A DNA stretch of 64,000 nucleotides, taken from NCBI GenBank assembly GCA_036172245.1, contig JAYWIR010000005.1:4278001-4342000 (forward strand), in the 5' to 3' direction. This document shows, in pieces, positions 25,111-38,240 of this stretch (positions within the stretch are counted from its first letter, which is position 1; the number at the start of each line of letters is the position of its first letter). The notes under the pieces were generated by a model that worked only from the letters and a program-made list of their open reading frames with translations, was not told the origin of the DNA and made no database searches. A program made the translations under genes and the position numbers. Source of the DNA: Raillietiella orientalis (lineage: Eukaryota).

Positions 25111-26749
25111 AGAGCATTTCTGAAGTGCAAAATCCTTCAGGGTTCGATCCAGAAATCCTCTGGGAAGCAGGACGAGGTTCCAGAAGAACAGAACTTGGTT
25201 CCTACCGCGGGTGGCGCCCCCCGAGAGGAGGGTTTCGCTTCCCACTGAGAGAGTGGCTCCGTTCCTTCGGCCTCAGCTGCGTTCTGGCTATCGCGTCTTC
25301 GTCCAGAGTGGAATGGCTGCAACCTGTTCAAGTCACCACTTCTGGTTCTTCCTTCTTCCTTTTTTCTCCATTTTCTAAGGAAGAGAAGAGCTAGGAAAAC
25401 TCCGACTCCCGGAAGGCACTTCTGAAGGAGGGGTCGTTTTCTTCTGCTATCCACCCCAACGGAAATCTCTGTGAGGAGACTTAGATGAATGAAGCCGGAC
25501 CCACGCTGCTGAGCGCAGCAAGGAACTGCAAGAGCAGGAGAGATCTGGAGCGTGAGGCGCGAACTGTCTTTTGCTCTGCTCTCCAGGTGCGTCGAGAGCC
25601 GTCTGCGGGATCAGTACGGGTGCGGCAAGCCCGCACTCAAGGAGACGCAGGTACTTGCTGGGCGATATTCTGCTGAAGAGATATAAGTCAGGGGAAGGGA
25701 TAAGAAATGGAAGCGGCCTCGAAGACTACCAGAGAGCTGGGAAATCATCTTTCACTCCTCTTCGTCATTCTTCTAAACCCCTTCACAGAGATGTCTTCGG
25801 CTCTTTGGGACTCTTGGCGAACAATTCCCTCTGAGGCTTGTCAAGATGTGGTCAAGGACCTGCCCCCAACACCCCAAATTTTTAACGCACGGAATTCCGT
25901 CCCTGGCCCTGATTTTAGAAGCAACAAACAAAAAGGGAGGAAAATTCTGCTGGAGCCGACCTGACCCTACCTAACCTCGTCTTATCGGAGTGCCGGAGAG
26001 GTCACAAGGGAATAGCGCAGTCAGGGGGACTCTGTCTGGACACCTCCAGCGAGGATGAAGCAAAGCTTTCGTCCAGGCTACGAGGGAAAGAGACCGGGGG
26101 TAGAGCGTCCCGAGGTTCATGGGAAAAAGGAATTGGCTCGACAGCGGGCAGCCTCTCAGCTGGCCGATGCCACCAGAGCAAGCAGACGGTCGTCCCCGAG
26201 GACGGACTTCCTTGCCCTGATCGGAAAACTTCCCAGAGGTCGTGAGGATCCTTTGGGCACCTTCATTCGTTCCTTCCGCCTCCTCCTCCCTCGGTTTCTC
26301 CGAAGAGATCGTTTCGTGGCAGTGGACCATCGCCTTTTTTGCTCTTCCTTGGGTCGTGGTGCCGGTCTCCGCACGTCGCAGACCCTCCCGGAAGAGCTCA
26401 TCGATTCCTGAGCGGATATCCGCCCTCGGGAGCACACTCCTGACTCCTTGTGGATCTCGTATTCCTACCCACTGCGAGTGGCCGGGTAGCATCTTAATTC
26501 CCTCCGCGCAGCAGTGAGCCGAGACGGGAGGGAAGGATCTGCGCCCTCTCTCGACGCATCTAACGCAAGTCTCTGAATCCCTGCTCTCCTATTCCCGTGC
26601 CCGTTCCCACCAGTGCCCTCTTCACGCACCCCTGATCCTCCCGGCTTAGCATCCCATCCAATCGACCCGCTGCCTGCGTCCCATTCCCGTGCTCTTGTCC
26701 CTTCTCTACCTCCTGTCCCGTGCTCTACCACTGAACGAAATTTCCCTCT

Positions 26750-27350
26750 ATTTCGAAATAGGCTATGGAGCCACTGCCACCTCGCGACATCGGTGCCAAC
26801 GCGAGCTACTGCTACCAGTTGAGAGTCCTTCCCGCTGCGGCGCTGGTTTCCCGCAGGCTCTGTCACCGGTGCGGAAAACGCCCGAGGACTGGCCGGGTGC
26901 TGTTCAGGGAACGGCGGGCTCGCAAACGCACCGCCACCACCTTTGGGAAGAGAAGACACCTCGGTCCACTGATGAGGGCCAAGGGAGCTTGCGGCAGCAG
27001 CAGCGGAAGGTTTCCTACGCTGTGCGCTTTTCTGCCACGCACCCGTCTATCCAAGTGTTCCCAGGGATACTGCCGTGCCTGTCGGAAGAGAAGAGAGTGG
27101 AAGGCTTCCTCAGGAAAATGTTGCATCTTTCCAGTCGCTCCGTCTTCTAGGGATGCTTCTGTGAGGGGGCGACTCCCTGCGGCGAATTTCCTAGCATCCG
27201 GTCCGGTCGTGACTGATAGCTCTGTAAATCCGGACTCGCCGCAAGCGTCCCGAAGAGCCTGCTCCCCCTGCCGATTCCGAACCTCGTCTGGAAGAGCAGC
27301 TGAAGAGGACAGGTGCTTCTGAGTAGAATGCGCAGCCTCGTCTGCGCAGA
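26750..27350 (+). pseudogene. Zinc-finger-rich relic, probably RLE-element N-terminus
   Basis: LRVLP..RRLCHRCGKR..KRRHLG and KCSQGYCRACRK in ORF 26765..27322. Confidence 0.3.
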
Positions 27351-28079
27351 GGGATTCTCCAATTTTTATGACTTTTTTTTTTTTTTTTTTGCTGTTGTTT
27401 ACTCTCCCACGGAGGTTTGCTCGCTCCAAATTTCTCCAATTGCCAGCCGATGGCTGCAAGTTGGCATGGAGAGCAGGCGGTCCAAATCAAGAGGGTTACC
27501 CTGAAACACTGGCAATTGGTAGGTACCGACCAGATCATCCTGGAGACGAACTCGAAGTTAACACCAGGTTCGGTGCTTCAAGGAAAAGTAAAAATCCATC
27601 GTTCTGGACGTCGCTCGCCCTTATAAGTAGGCGCCAGCAGAGTTGGAAGGGGTGGGAAGGAAGAAGGAAGGTCACCATCTCATCTGTTCTCACTCTTTCC
27701 TGTATGAAAACTAACTCAAGAGCAATTCTAGTGTGATCCTCTCTCTTATGTGCTCACTCGTAAGCAAGATACATCTAGATTGATACATATGCTAACGTCC
27801 GCAGAGCCTATGACTGGCGCTGCATGCACCTTTTTTATTTAATAAACTTTTAAAGTCTCTTTGTAAATTTCACTGGTTCATTCCTCTGGCTTGCTCCGTT
27901 AATCATTGGCACCATTTCATCTCGAACTCGTGGACAGCTTAGTTTGGTCGTTGCTCTTCGGCAGCGGATCACCATTTAACACAGCTATCATATCTAAAAT
28001 GCGTCTATTTAAATTTTTGGAACATGAAAGAATGTTTAAAAGAGAAATAGAAGCAGATGAGTGGTGCGATTTCCATCAT

Positions 28080-29600
28080 ATCCTTCGTCTGTCTTCTCCT
28101 CGACTCTCCAGATGATTTTAAAGGTTCTTCCATCACAGGCGGTGGTTCACCTGATGATGACCGCGACATCCCCACACGTCATGCCGGTCTGGTTGGCAGC
28201 TATCAACTCGGTGTGTCAGGGTAGCCCTATCGATGAAGTCTTTCTCAACCATTCTGCAGAGCGCAGACATAGGAAACGGAGGGCGCACGGTACGTAGGGA
28301 AACGCTCACAATACCTTCGACATTTTCTAAGCTGCTGAGGCTCATCTCTCCTCTTTGATTCGACCTATTTGTGTAATTCGCAACTTGATTTATCCCGCGT
28401 TTAGTCGACTCTGATATGGTAAGAAGATAGCCAATCGGGGGGTACGGAGTCAACAGGAATCTTCGTCTTAAGGAGGAATCAGTCTTTTGGAAACCGCGGA
28501 TCATTTCTTTCTTTGAGCTCTTCTTGAAGCACGTCCCTCAGGAGATTTCGCTCTCGGTTGATCAACACGTTTTCTCAACGAGCACGGCTCGTTCGAGTAA
28601 AGAAAGTAAAGACAACTGATTCTCCTTTCAACTTTTGTTATTCCGTTGGTACCCATGCAATCACAGAACATATCTTTTCCTGGCCTTCATCAGCCTGTTC
28701 TTCGAAGCAACGAGACCTCAGCTGCCTGTCTCCTTGACGACGTGAGCATGGGAAGGACTGCGGCATCCAGATGAAGTGGAATCAGTCGAGGGAAGGGCGC
28801 AGTAAAATCGCGAATCCGCACGTGCCTTCCCTTCCCTATTCGTGCGAATTTCGATTACGGTTTTTGCGCCCCATTGTGCCTGAACACGCTTTGCTTTTCC
28901 CCCGTGGAACACGAAACAATCCTACACAAATAAAACAGCCTCTGAATCTTTCATCCTGAAAGCGAAGCTGGATGCTCTCTGGTTGCTCTTCAGAATGTAG
29001 AAAACCATTTCACAGACGTTTTAGTTGCTCTGCCCACCTCAGAGGAAGCGAGCACGCCGATGGCACCCACCACATTCGTATGGTGGATCCGATGCCGTGA
29101 GGCGAGCACAAAGGACGCATCGTCGCGCGTAGACTGGGACGCATTGTGTATAGGAGTTCCGCCTTCCATTCTGCCATCACTGCATTCCTCTTTCTTTGAG
29201 ATGAGCAGCCAGGAAGAGCCTTCAGAGCTCAGTCTCGAAACGCCAACAGCCGCTAATTTAATGGTCCCTGTCGCAGTATCAGCAGAGAACCCTTTTTTCA
29301 TACTATGAGTGAAGCTGAGAACTAGCGAAGATAACTGGAGGACCCAGGACGGGAAAGATGACAACGGATCCTGCCCCATAGGTTGACAGACTCTTCTGTA
29401 ACCATTACAACCGTAGAAGCTTCTTCTCTGGCAGCCAGTGCCTTGATCTTAAGAAGCTCATTAAATAATATGATTATCCGGAAAACCAAGAATGGGAAAT
29501 TTGTCCCCTGAAGATTTATCCGATGTTTCTGCTTTCATCTCCCGTTCCTAATGAGGATGTACAATGAAACTTTGCCACACTGGACCTTACGTCCTCTGTG
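28080..29600 (-). pseudogene. Tentative RAG1/Transib-like transposase relic (NBD-like segment and first two catalytic-Asp motifs)
   Basis: HRGRK..VSLY..KQKHRI..KIKALAAREE (29600-29420), WLLISKKEECSDG (~29210-29175), SLRTVRP (~28305-28280) and TTACDGR (~28150-28125) occur in the expected order. Confidence 0.4.
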
Positions 29601-30648
29601 CTGATGCCATCAAATGGAACGGAATAGAATTCAAGGAACGAACTGTCCAGTGGGCAGTGAGGACAATACGTGCAAGGGAATAATTTACTCCAGAGGTTCG
29701 CACGTGCTTTCTTCCTTTTTAGCTAAGAGAACATCAGTGCATTTATCCATTCCTTCATTGCTCTCCTTGCAAGTTGTAAGGACACGCTTTTGCTGATGTA
29801 TTGCTCTGGAATGTCAAGGAGGCGCTGAAAAATATGCTGCAAGGCTCCTGGCGGATGGATGCTTCTCTCGCTGATTTATCTTTGTCCCCATCTTCTCTTA
29901 TTGAATCCCGAAACTTCCTGGATTATTGTCTTCACAGAGGAGAATCAGTGAGATTTTTAAGAGCCCTGTCGAAAATCGCGTGGACTTCACGTTCCTTGTG
30001 CCACCCGTTTTCTAATCCGTGGGAATCCCAAAGCGCACTTTAGAAAATTTGCTTTCCTCGTCCTCCAGGGTGCTGGAGGCGTTCCCTGTGTCATGTTCCT
30101 CCTCCTTTCCTCCTCACGCAGTGGAAATCCCATTCAGTGGAAGGCACGTCGTCGGGAGACTTGAAGTCGAAAAGGTGACGCTCGCGAACGTTGACTTTCC
30201 GAAGTTTTCCTCAGAAAGAGAAGACTCAGAGACACGCAAATAGACGCTTCCGTTTAATGGATCATCAGGAAAAGCCTGGAGGAAGATTCAGGGAGCACGT
30301 TCATACGGAGGCTAAACTCTGGGGGCATTCGTATTCGGAACAGAGATTCCTTTCGCTATTCGAAGAGAAGGGATCCTTCGCTATTTTTTTTTGTTTTCAG
30401 TTGTCCAGGATCACGAATGTCCTCTCAAAAAGAGGGCCTAGAGGGCATGTTTCCTATCCTGAAGCTACTGAAGCACTACATTCGAGAGACTGACTGTGAT
30501 GATCAGGAGACCAAGAGAACACTGGTCTTCGTCCACTTCTCCTACAACTCTAAGTAGCACCGAAGTCTCAACCTTTCACAGATGAGAACTTCGTTGCAGA
30601 GGTCCCGCTTCTTAGGGAGAAAAGGGAATTTCTCTTCTAAAAAGGAAA

Positions 30649-31850
30649 GCAGTAGCAAGCACTACTCCTGCACCACTTCCTCCTGCTTGAACACAGCTTC
30701 CATCTTCTCCCTCCCCTTTGCCATCTTCCACTATGTCTCAGTACCGGTGAAAAATACGTTTCCTTGTAGAGGTACTTGGCTGGAAAAAAAAAAAAGGAAA
30801 ATTCGACAAAGAATAAAAACGTGTAAAGAAAGCAGCGAAGACAGAAAAGAATCCGCACCTCCGATACAAACGGAAGATTCTTCGCTTCCGCACGGAAGCA
30901 CAGAGGAATTTCATCGAGGAGGCACTCGGTCGTCATTACCTCCCACGCCGGACTTCAAACGCGACTTTCTGGGAACGCCAACACCTTCAAGACCCTTTGA
31001 ATGATGTTCTGAGAGATGTTCTCAATGCAACCGCAAGCCCCACTGATGCAAAGCTGCTTGTGAGGGAAGCGCAAAGTGTTGCACGGATCGGATCTGAGTT
31101 CCTCAGTCCAGCACGCCGCCGCATGAACACCAGATGACGTGAACCTCAGCAAGGCATGTAACTCCGTGCAGCACCAGTGCCGTTTGGTCTCAACGTGTCC
31201 TGACATCCCGAACCGGCATCACACGTGGCAGCGCACGTACCGCATGTCGGGACACTCACAGGAGGTATGAGACGCATTTAAGCCACTGAGGTCGCGCTCC
31301 TCGTGCCGGCCACACCACGCTGCCCTGCGTGTTTTGCCATCGCGCGTTTGCCGTGGCCATCTGCCGAGCCGCCTCCGCACGCGTACATCCGCCGCGCACA
31401 CCTCATGTGAGCCCGGTGCACTTCGCAGCACATTTCCGTGGTGCTCGAGCACATGTGTCGGACGGCATCTGTCAGAGTGCAGCACTCGGCGATCATGGAG
31501 AACCCATTTGTCTTCCGCAGACTTGAGCGCCTCTCAGGCTGGGGTCCCCCTCCGGTTGTGCAGAGGAGCCGTCCCCCTACCTCCATCCGTCCAAGGCGAC
31601 CTCTTCATATCATAGCATGGAGCTGGTGAATTGATTTATCTCTCCAGAGCGTGGCAGTAGCAAGCACTCCTGCACCACTTCCTCCCGCTTCCAGTCCGGG
31701 CTGGCCAAAACGCGTCGGAGACCCTGTGGTTACGGCTATGTGGTTAGGACGATAGAAATCCTCTTGGATTCTTTTCTGTCTTCGCTGCTTTCTTTCCACG
31801 TTTTTCTTTTTTGTCGGATTTCCCTTTTTTTTTCTTCAGCCAAGTACCTC
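30649..31850. repeat. Local rearrangement: direct repeat 30649-30688 / 31654-31690 and inverted repeat 30769-30854 / 31766-31850
   Basis: gcagtagcaagcact(act)cctgcaccacttcctcc occurs twice. gaggtacttggctg..aaagaaagcagcgaagacagaaaagaatcc is the reverse complement of the tail of the 825-bp unit. Confidence 0.85.
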
Positions 31851-32583
31851 AAGAACCGCCGTTCGCCTGGCAGCTCACGAATCTCTTTGACTCTGATCCA
31901 CGTCATCCGAGGGTGCGTGTTAACTTTTCAAGTTATAGCTGGTACCCCGGGAGAGGACCACTTTGTGAATACAGGAAGGGCTTCGGAGAAAAAAAGTCCG
32001 TTTCTCTAGCGCTTGGTAGGGAGCCCTCGCCCTCGCTGTCTCAGAAAGGGACCTCGAAGGGAACCTCTTCCTTATTCTCTCAGGAAGGACCCCTTGGAAA
32101 GGATCCATGCCTGGAATTTCTTCCCCAGAGGGAACCTGCAAAGGAACCGCTCCCCGTCACTCCTCTGAAGAAAACCCTGAAGGGACGCCTCCCAATTTCC
32201 TCGACGGGCGCTCCCCAAAGGGAGCAGGGCGCCTCTGGAAAGGCAACTCCCCGAGGGCGATATCAAGCAGCTGCATGGAACGCGATGGATCAACCACACG
32301 GCTTCGTTTTGTCAACCGGAGGAGAACCCGGAAGAGAACCGGTTCTCCATCCTTCCTGGTACGACCTTGGAGGGTCAACTTTTAATGCCGGCCAGCCCCT
32401 CCGGCTTCCATCGATGCCGCTCCCGAAGCCACTCGAGACCATCCAGCGTCATCCTGAGGATGGAGAACTCCAATTTTTGAGGCACCTCTATTCGTGTGGC
32501 GTCGATCCTCCATGTGGAGATTGGAACCCGCAACGCGGAGGGCCACGCGCGGATGGCGCAGCTGCAAGGGCCGCCAACGTGGA
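31755..32583 (-). mobile_element. tRNA-headed structured unit, copy B
   Basis: Near-identical to 6163-6988. Head 32583-32509 folds as tccacgt/acatgga acceptor-like stem, gcggc/gctgc D-like arm and GGTTCCAATC B-box-like loop. Confidence 0.85.
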
Positions 32584-33199
32584 ACTTGCAGCCTCTCAGC
32601 GGAATCCTTGAAGGCCCGCAACACGCACGAAGGCTCCAGCTCACACTCCGTGTAAGCACAAATGGATGCCGCCTTCGAGATCCAGCGAAGCGGAGGACCC
32701 CCCCCCCCTCCCCTGTTGAAGCTGATGCATATGCTCCCGTTCTTTCCCACTTTCTGCCGTCCGCCCGAGGGAGGAAAGGGAAGAGCACGGAATGAAGAGC
32801 GGTGACCAAGGAGCGAGAAGTCCCCGGTCACGGATCGATTGGTAAGGGAGATTTCCGTCACACCATCGCGTTCGTGGGTTCCAGTGACGCCACCAGCCTT
32901 CTCCCCCCTTCCCTCTCTCTCCCTTCTCTTTTTTTTTTTTCTCACACAGATATCAACAAATAGGTTGGCAAATCGTGCCCTCTGCGGGGGCGAGCAGACA
33001 TCGTCCGGAAGAGGATGACTCTGCTCCCGGTGGAGATGAATGGGTTCTCGGATGCTGCTCCCCAAGCTGCAGACACGCCGCGCGGAGAGAACTGTCGAGG
33101 GCGGCTCCGGGAGAGAAGTAAAGAAGAGAAGGAAGGAGCAGGAAACACCTCCGTTCGCGGAGGACATCCTGTGACCCCCTTCCGCTAGACTGAGGGACC

Positions 33200-36100
33200 G
33201 GAGACATAAAGAGCAGCCACGCTGAACGTTTAACCATATTGGCCTGGGGTTTGTCGTTTGCTGAACTTCGCCCGGATATTTCCCGGGAGCGCTCTCGTGC
33301 TAAGTGGGCGGAGGCGCTTCCACCGCCAGACGAATTCTGGAAACCGCTTACGAAATCTGGGACGCTCTCCTTGCTCGTTTGCATCGGGAGCACCAGGGAG
33401 CGTCCTGCGGAGGTGGCGGCCCCGAATCTGCTCCTGGCGGGCTTTGGACCGCCGCCTCCCGCCTTTCCGCACTTTAAGCTGACCGCCGTCCGGAAAGAGC
33501 CCTCTGCTCCCCAGCCAGAGGCGATCATCGCTTGGAAGGGCTTGCGGACCTTCCGGGGCTGTCTTTCCCTTTGGGAAACCCCAAGGCGAAACGAACGCGG
33601 GATCAAGCATTTTGAGGGGGAGAGGCGAGGGAGGAGTTCCGCCTTTTCGAGCCCTGCACCCGCTGCTGCAGCTCCGCTTTTCTTCTCGAATCGACCGAGA
33701 CGTTGGATTAAAGTACGGCACCAGTGAAGGTCCGCCTCTTCGGTGGGAAGGATGCTGCCCCCCTCTGGGGGACGCTCGTTTCGATGGGTTCACGAGAGCT
33801 AGGTCGCGTACAGATGGGACTGCGAAAGCTTACGAATGCGGACATCCAAGAGGTCACACTCTGTGATGGATGGAGGCTTCGCTGCAGGTACCACCTTCGT
33901 GCGGAAGCACGATAGGAGTCCTGGAGGAACAGCAAGCGTCAGAGAGCGCCAAAGACCGGCGTTCCCGTGGAGGAGGCAAGGCCGTGCGTGGCGAGACGCC
34001 TTTCCTCAGTCCCTTATGATCTCGACTGCGAGAGATCATAAGGAACTGAAGGAGCAGATGCAGGAGGCTGCAGCCAAGTCTTGCCCAGCGGCCGCCGACT
34101 CCGTGTCGGAAGCGAAGTCCTAGTGGAGAAGAAGGCGATCTCCAGGGAAGTGACAAGAGGATCTCAGAAGCCACAAGAGAATGACTCCTCACTCCCTCCA
34201 CTAGGGGCTGCCAGGAGGACCTTTCACCATCCAAGGGAAGTTGGAAGATCCAGCCTTCCTTCTGGTCAATCGCTTCCATGGAAACGGCCCGCTGTCGGAA
34301 GAATCGGAGGTGAATGCAGCCTTCTGGTAGTGCTGCCTCCGGTCTTGGAAAGTGCCCTTCCGTGCGGTGGCCGCTTGCGACCTTCGAATTCTAGGCTACT
34401 CTAAAGGTTTCTTGCGCTAAAGGAAGAGCAGCCTGCGAGAGATGATGCTGTGGAGGAGGAGGGGGGGTCAAGCCACCTTGGTCACGTGGTGGAAGCGTCA
34501 CAATCCAGAAGCAAAAGGTCCGGATCTCCTGGAGCGGCGGCCGCCTGGTGACAGAGGAGGGAGGGAAGCTGTCAAAGGAGTTGCCTCCAGGCATCCTCCT
34601 CACTCGAAATCTAACGCACGGGATGCGTTGCAAAGAGTCTGCGACCTTGCTCGAGGAGGAAAGTGGTGCTCGGGTCGGCTCCCCATTTCGCCGTCGAAAG
34701 GTCTGGAAACCTTTCCATGGGTCGACGCCCGGAGGGTTAAAACGGCAGTCCGCAGGATCAGGAGCAGAAGCAGGGCTGCCATGCTCGACTACGCCCGGAG
34801 GGCAGCTGGTCCCAAGGAGCCATTGGCGCGGCCGCATCTGTGAAGCTCCCCTCACAGCCCTAGCGGCGCTGTCGTCCTCTCCCGAGAGGCGATCCCATGG
34901 TGAAGGAAGAGCGACCACGGAACCGGGCACGCTCACTCGGAGGAACCCCGAACCTAACTAAAAGGTTCCTCACCCCCGCCCCATCACGGACTCCCGGAGG
35001 CACCCGGAAACTGCTCCTGTTCCAAGCAGGGCGGTCAGAAGGGAGAAGAAGATGAAGGACTCCAGAAGCCAACCATCCCCAACTCTTCCCACCCTGAACG
35101 GACACCGTTCGGTCCCCGGAGGTGGATTCAGGACGCAACCAGTGCTGTCCTGCCCCCGAGGGCAGGTTCAACCCCCCGAAAGTCCTGTATGTGAGCTGAC
35201 TTCTCCCCAGGGGGGAGTCTTCTGGATGCCCAGAGACTGCTCAGATGCGAAGGAAGGGGAGAGAGGTGGCTCTCCTTCCTCTGCTTCCGGGGATGAAGAT
35301 TCGTTCCTCCTTCCTCCCGAAGCTCGAAGCCCTTTCGGACGCGTTTCCCTCCCAGCATTCCGCCGACCTTCCCGCCGGCCTTTCCACCTTCACTTTCCCG
35401 GGAAGGGAGGAGAGGAAGGAAGGGAAGACGCAGCAGCAGCCGCTCCATCAGGCAGCACTGCCGCGGAGGGGACGGGCGAATGACTCACCTCACGGCGGCG
35501 GCGACCCCGAGCGACGGGGCGGATCGCCCGGGGAATCCCTCGTTTTTGCAGTGCCCTTCCCCCATACCCCTTTTTTTTTTTTTCCCCCTCCCCTGTCTCT
35601 AGGAGCAGGAGGGATGTGGTTTCCGCCACGCGCCGCGGGCGCTCGTCGCGAAGGGAATGGGGCTTAGGGGCCCCCCACCCAATGCCGGCGCTCAGGGGGA
35701 ACGATCTCTCGTCCCCGTCCCGTCCGTTTTCGAGGGAGAGAAGGGGAAGCGAGCGGGAAGAAGAGAGGGCGGATGGGGAAACGGCCGATCCGGGACGCCC
35801 TCGGGCGTCCCCCGCTGATATCCCCGTTGTCGCCAGGGGACCCTGCCGTCTTCATTATGGGACGGAGCGTGCGTCATGCTGCTCAGAGCTCAAGGGAGGC
35901 GATAATCACCGGAGGGGGGTTCCCATGGAAACCCCACTCCTCGCTCTGCCAGAACCCCACCCGGAAGTCTAGGGCTGCTCCCGCGGATTGCGCGCGTGAG
36001 ATCCCTGAGGGCCCACTTTCCCTGTGGGAAACTCCAGGAAGCGCCTGTTCGATGGGGTTCGCGAACCTGCCGAATCCAGCAGGACGAGGGAGGATTCCTT

Positions 36101-38240
36101 GCCTTGTTCTCCCGCGGGATGCCTTCCGGGGACGCGAGCTCTTCAAACAGTCCCCGGCTGGTTCCCGAAAGCCGCTGCATGGGGTAGGTGGGAGTGGGGT
36201 GGAATCCGCTCACGCCTCAGCAGAGCTCTCGGTCAGGCGTGAAGGAGGAAGGGCATCCCACCGCCACCACTCGAAGGGCCACCTTCCGATTATCCTTAGC
36301 ATGGAGCTTCCAGCGTGTCTGCGCACCTCGGAGGATGCGAAGGTCCACCTCCCTTCCCTTCGGCCTTCAGCAGGAGCGAGAGAGTCGTGACCCGTCCCAC
36401 TCCACCTCCCGACCCTTCACCCGGAGGAAGGGAAAGACCGAAAAGCGAGACGGACGCGTCTGGTCGCTCCCACCGCTGGGCGCCAAAGAATTCCCCGATG
36501 GACAGGAGACGCTGTGGGAGCTCGTGCAAAGGCATCGGAGAGGGCACTGCCAGACCAGGGAAGCGCAGCAGAGCGAGGGAGACGATAGGGGACGGGGTGT
36601 GCGCAAGCAATTAGCTACCTCCTTCTTCTCTTCCTCCAGTCCATCCTTCGCGCATCCTCTCCAGCGAGGTATCGGGTCGACTCATCTCCCTACCCCCCTC
36701 CTCCCTCCTCCCGCTTCCCTTTCACTCCGTAGGAACCTCCCGCCATCTGCAGGGGTTCGCCTTCCTCCGCTTCCCCTCCATACCGCAGGATGGCAGCTCC
36801 AGCAGGCCGGAGAGATGCACGCCGGACAACCGAGCGTCGAGGAAGCGTGGCCTCTCTCACCGAAGGACCCGGATGGATACTCTTGAAGTAACTTCTAGGA
36901 TGCTGCTAACACTCCCTTGAGCTTTGTCGGTCGCCGTTCGCAAGGTCCTGCTGCCTCCCTTCCACCCCACCTTATGCCGACTTCCGGAGAGAGGGAGACG
37001 GCAGCAGCCCTGCTGACGGCGCTCAGAGCGGAGCGCCAGCACCACGCTGAGAAGGTGAAGGTCGAGAAGGCGGAGAGCGGCGATGTCCTCGAGTTCTCCT
37101 CCTGGAGGAAGTCGTTCCGCTACACACTCTGGAAGAGCCAGAAGGAAGAGCCTGCTCATCTTCGGTTAGGCGAACGTCTGCACCACGAGAGCCACTGCGA
37201 TCTCCCAGGGCGAGGTCCTGTAACTCTCCTCCAGTCTCCTCCTTCTTCTTCATTAAGGAGACTTGTGTCGGGCTGTACCACTATGAGGGGCAGAGAGAGG
37301 GGCGCGGAGTCCTGTCACTGGCAGTCCACTCAATCTAAGATGGAATCTCCCGTTCTCCTGATCTTCCTGCGAGACCTTGGGAGCCACTCGGGTGCGAGGA
37401 GCGGCTGGCCGGGATCAGTCTCATCGTTCCGAGGAGACTGAAGGAATGGCCATTCCAGGAACGCTGATGGACTTCCTTCTCCTCACCCCGAGGACCGTCA
37501 TCCTCGTTCCGACTTCGGCACTCGGTCTTGCTGCAGAAGACAAATTGTCAGGACCCTCCGGGAAAAGTCAGGAAAGCTGCTGATCCTCTTTAGAAGTTTG
37601 TCTAGGAGCCTCCAGAGATGCCCTCAGTGCCTCTCAGAGCCTCAGGAGCTTCTGGAGGTGCACGGAGGTTGCCGTCCGGAGCCGCGGTGCTCAATCCACA
37701 TCCGGCGGACGGCTCGTAGATCGAATGGAAACGCCCCGCCCTTCGTTGGCTGACTGGGAAGTAAAGCGAAGCGCGTGGACCAAGCTACTTGCCACCACAC
37801 CTGACCCAAGGCGGTGCAAGTTGCATCCGCTTCCACAGAAGCGACTGTGTGGCACAGCCTCTGCACGGACGGCCTCTCTCTGCCAGAGTGTGGCCTCTTT
37901 CATCTTCGCAGTAGGGATCCAGCACCCACCGGGGCAGCCGGCATTCCCGGCTTCGCATACGCGCTGTCAAAAGGAGACGTCTCGGTCCGGATGGCGTCAC
38001 TCCGACAGCCCACGATGCGCCAGAGAGATCCTCCAGAGAAGGTGGCGTGTGAGGCGCCCCAAAGGGTGAGTGGGAAGAGGCAACCGGTCGGTGGTTCGTG
38101 TGCAGCAGCGGTGCCTCGCTCGGAGGTGGAGGAGATTCGTCAGGTGCGAGTTTGAAGCGGCACCACCGGCGGGTGCTCCCACAGAAAGCGTGAGCGCACA
38201 TGGGACTCGATTGCTGAAGAGGGAGGGGGCAGGGACTAGC
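33200..38240 (+). mobile_element. Decayed, near full-span L1/Tx1-like LINE (ORF1-like, APE, linker, RT/thumb relics)
   Basis: ORF1-like LKYG.VKVRL..GRVQMGL..VTLCDGWRLRCRY (~33705-33895); APE-like LSDAFPSQH..STFTF (~35330-35400); helical linker LLTALRAE..KAESGD (~37010-37085); thumb-like fragments at 37650-38000. Confidence 0.55.
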
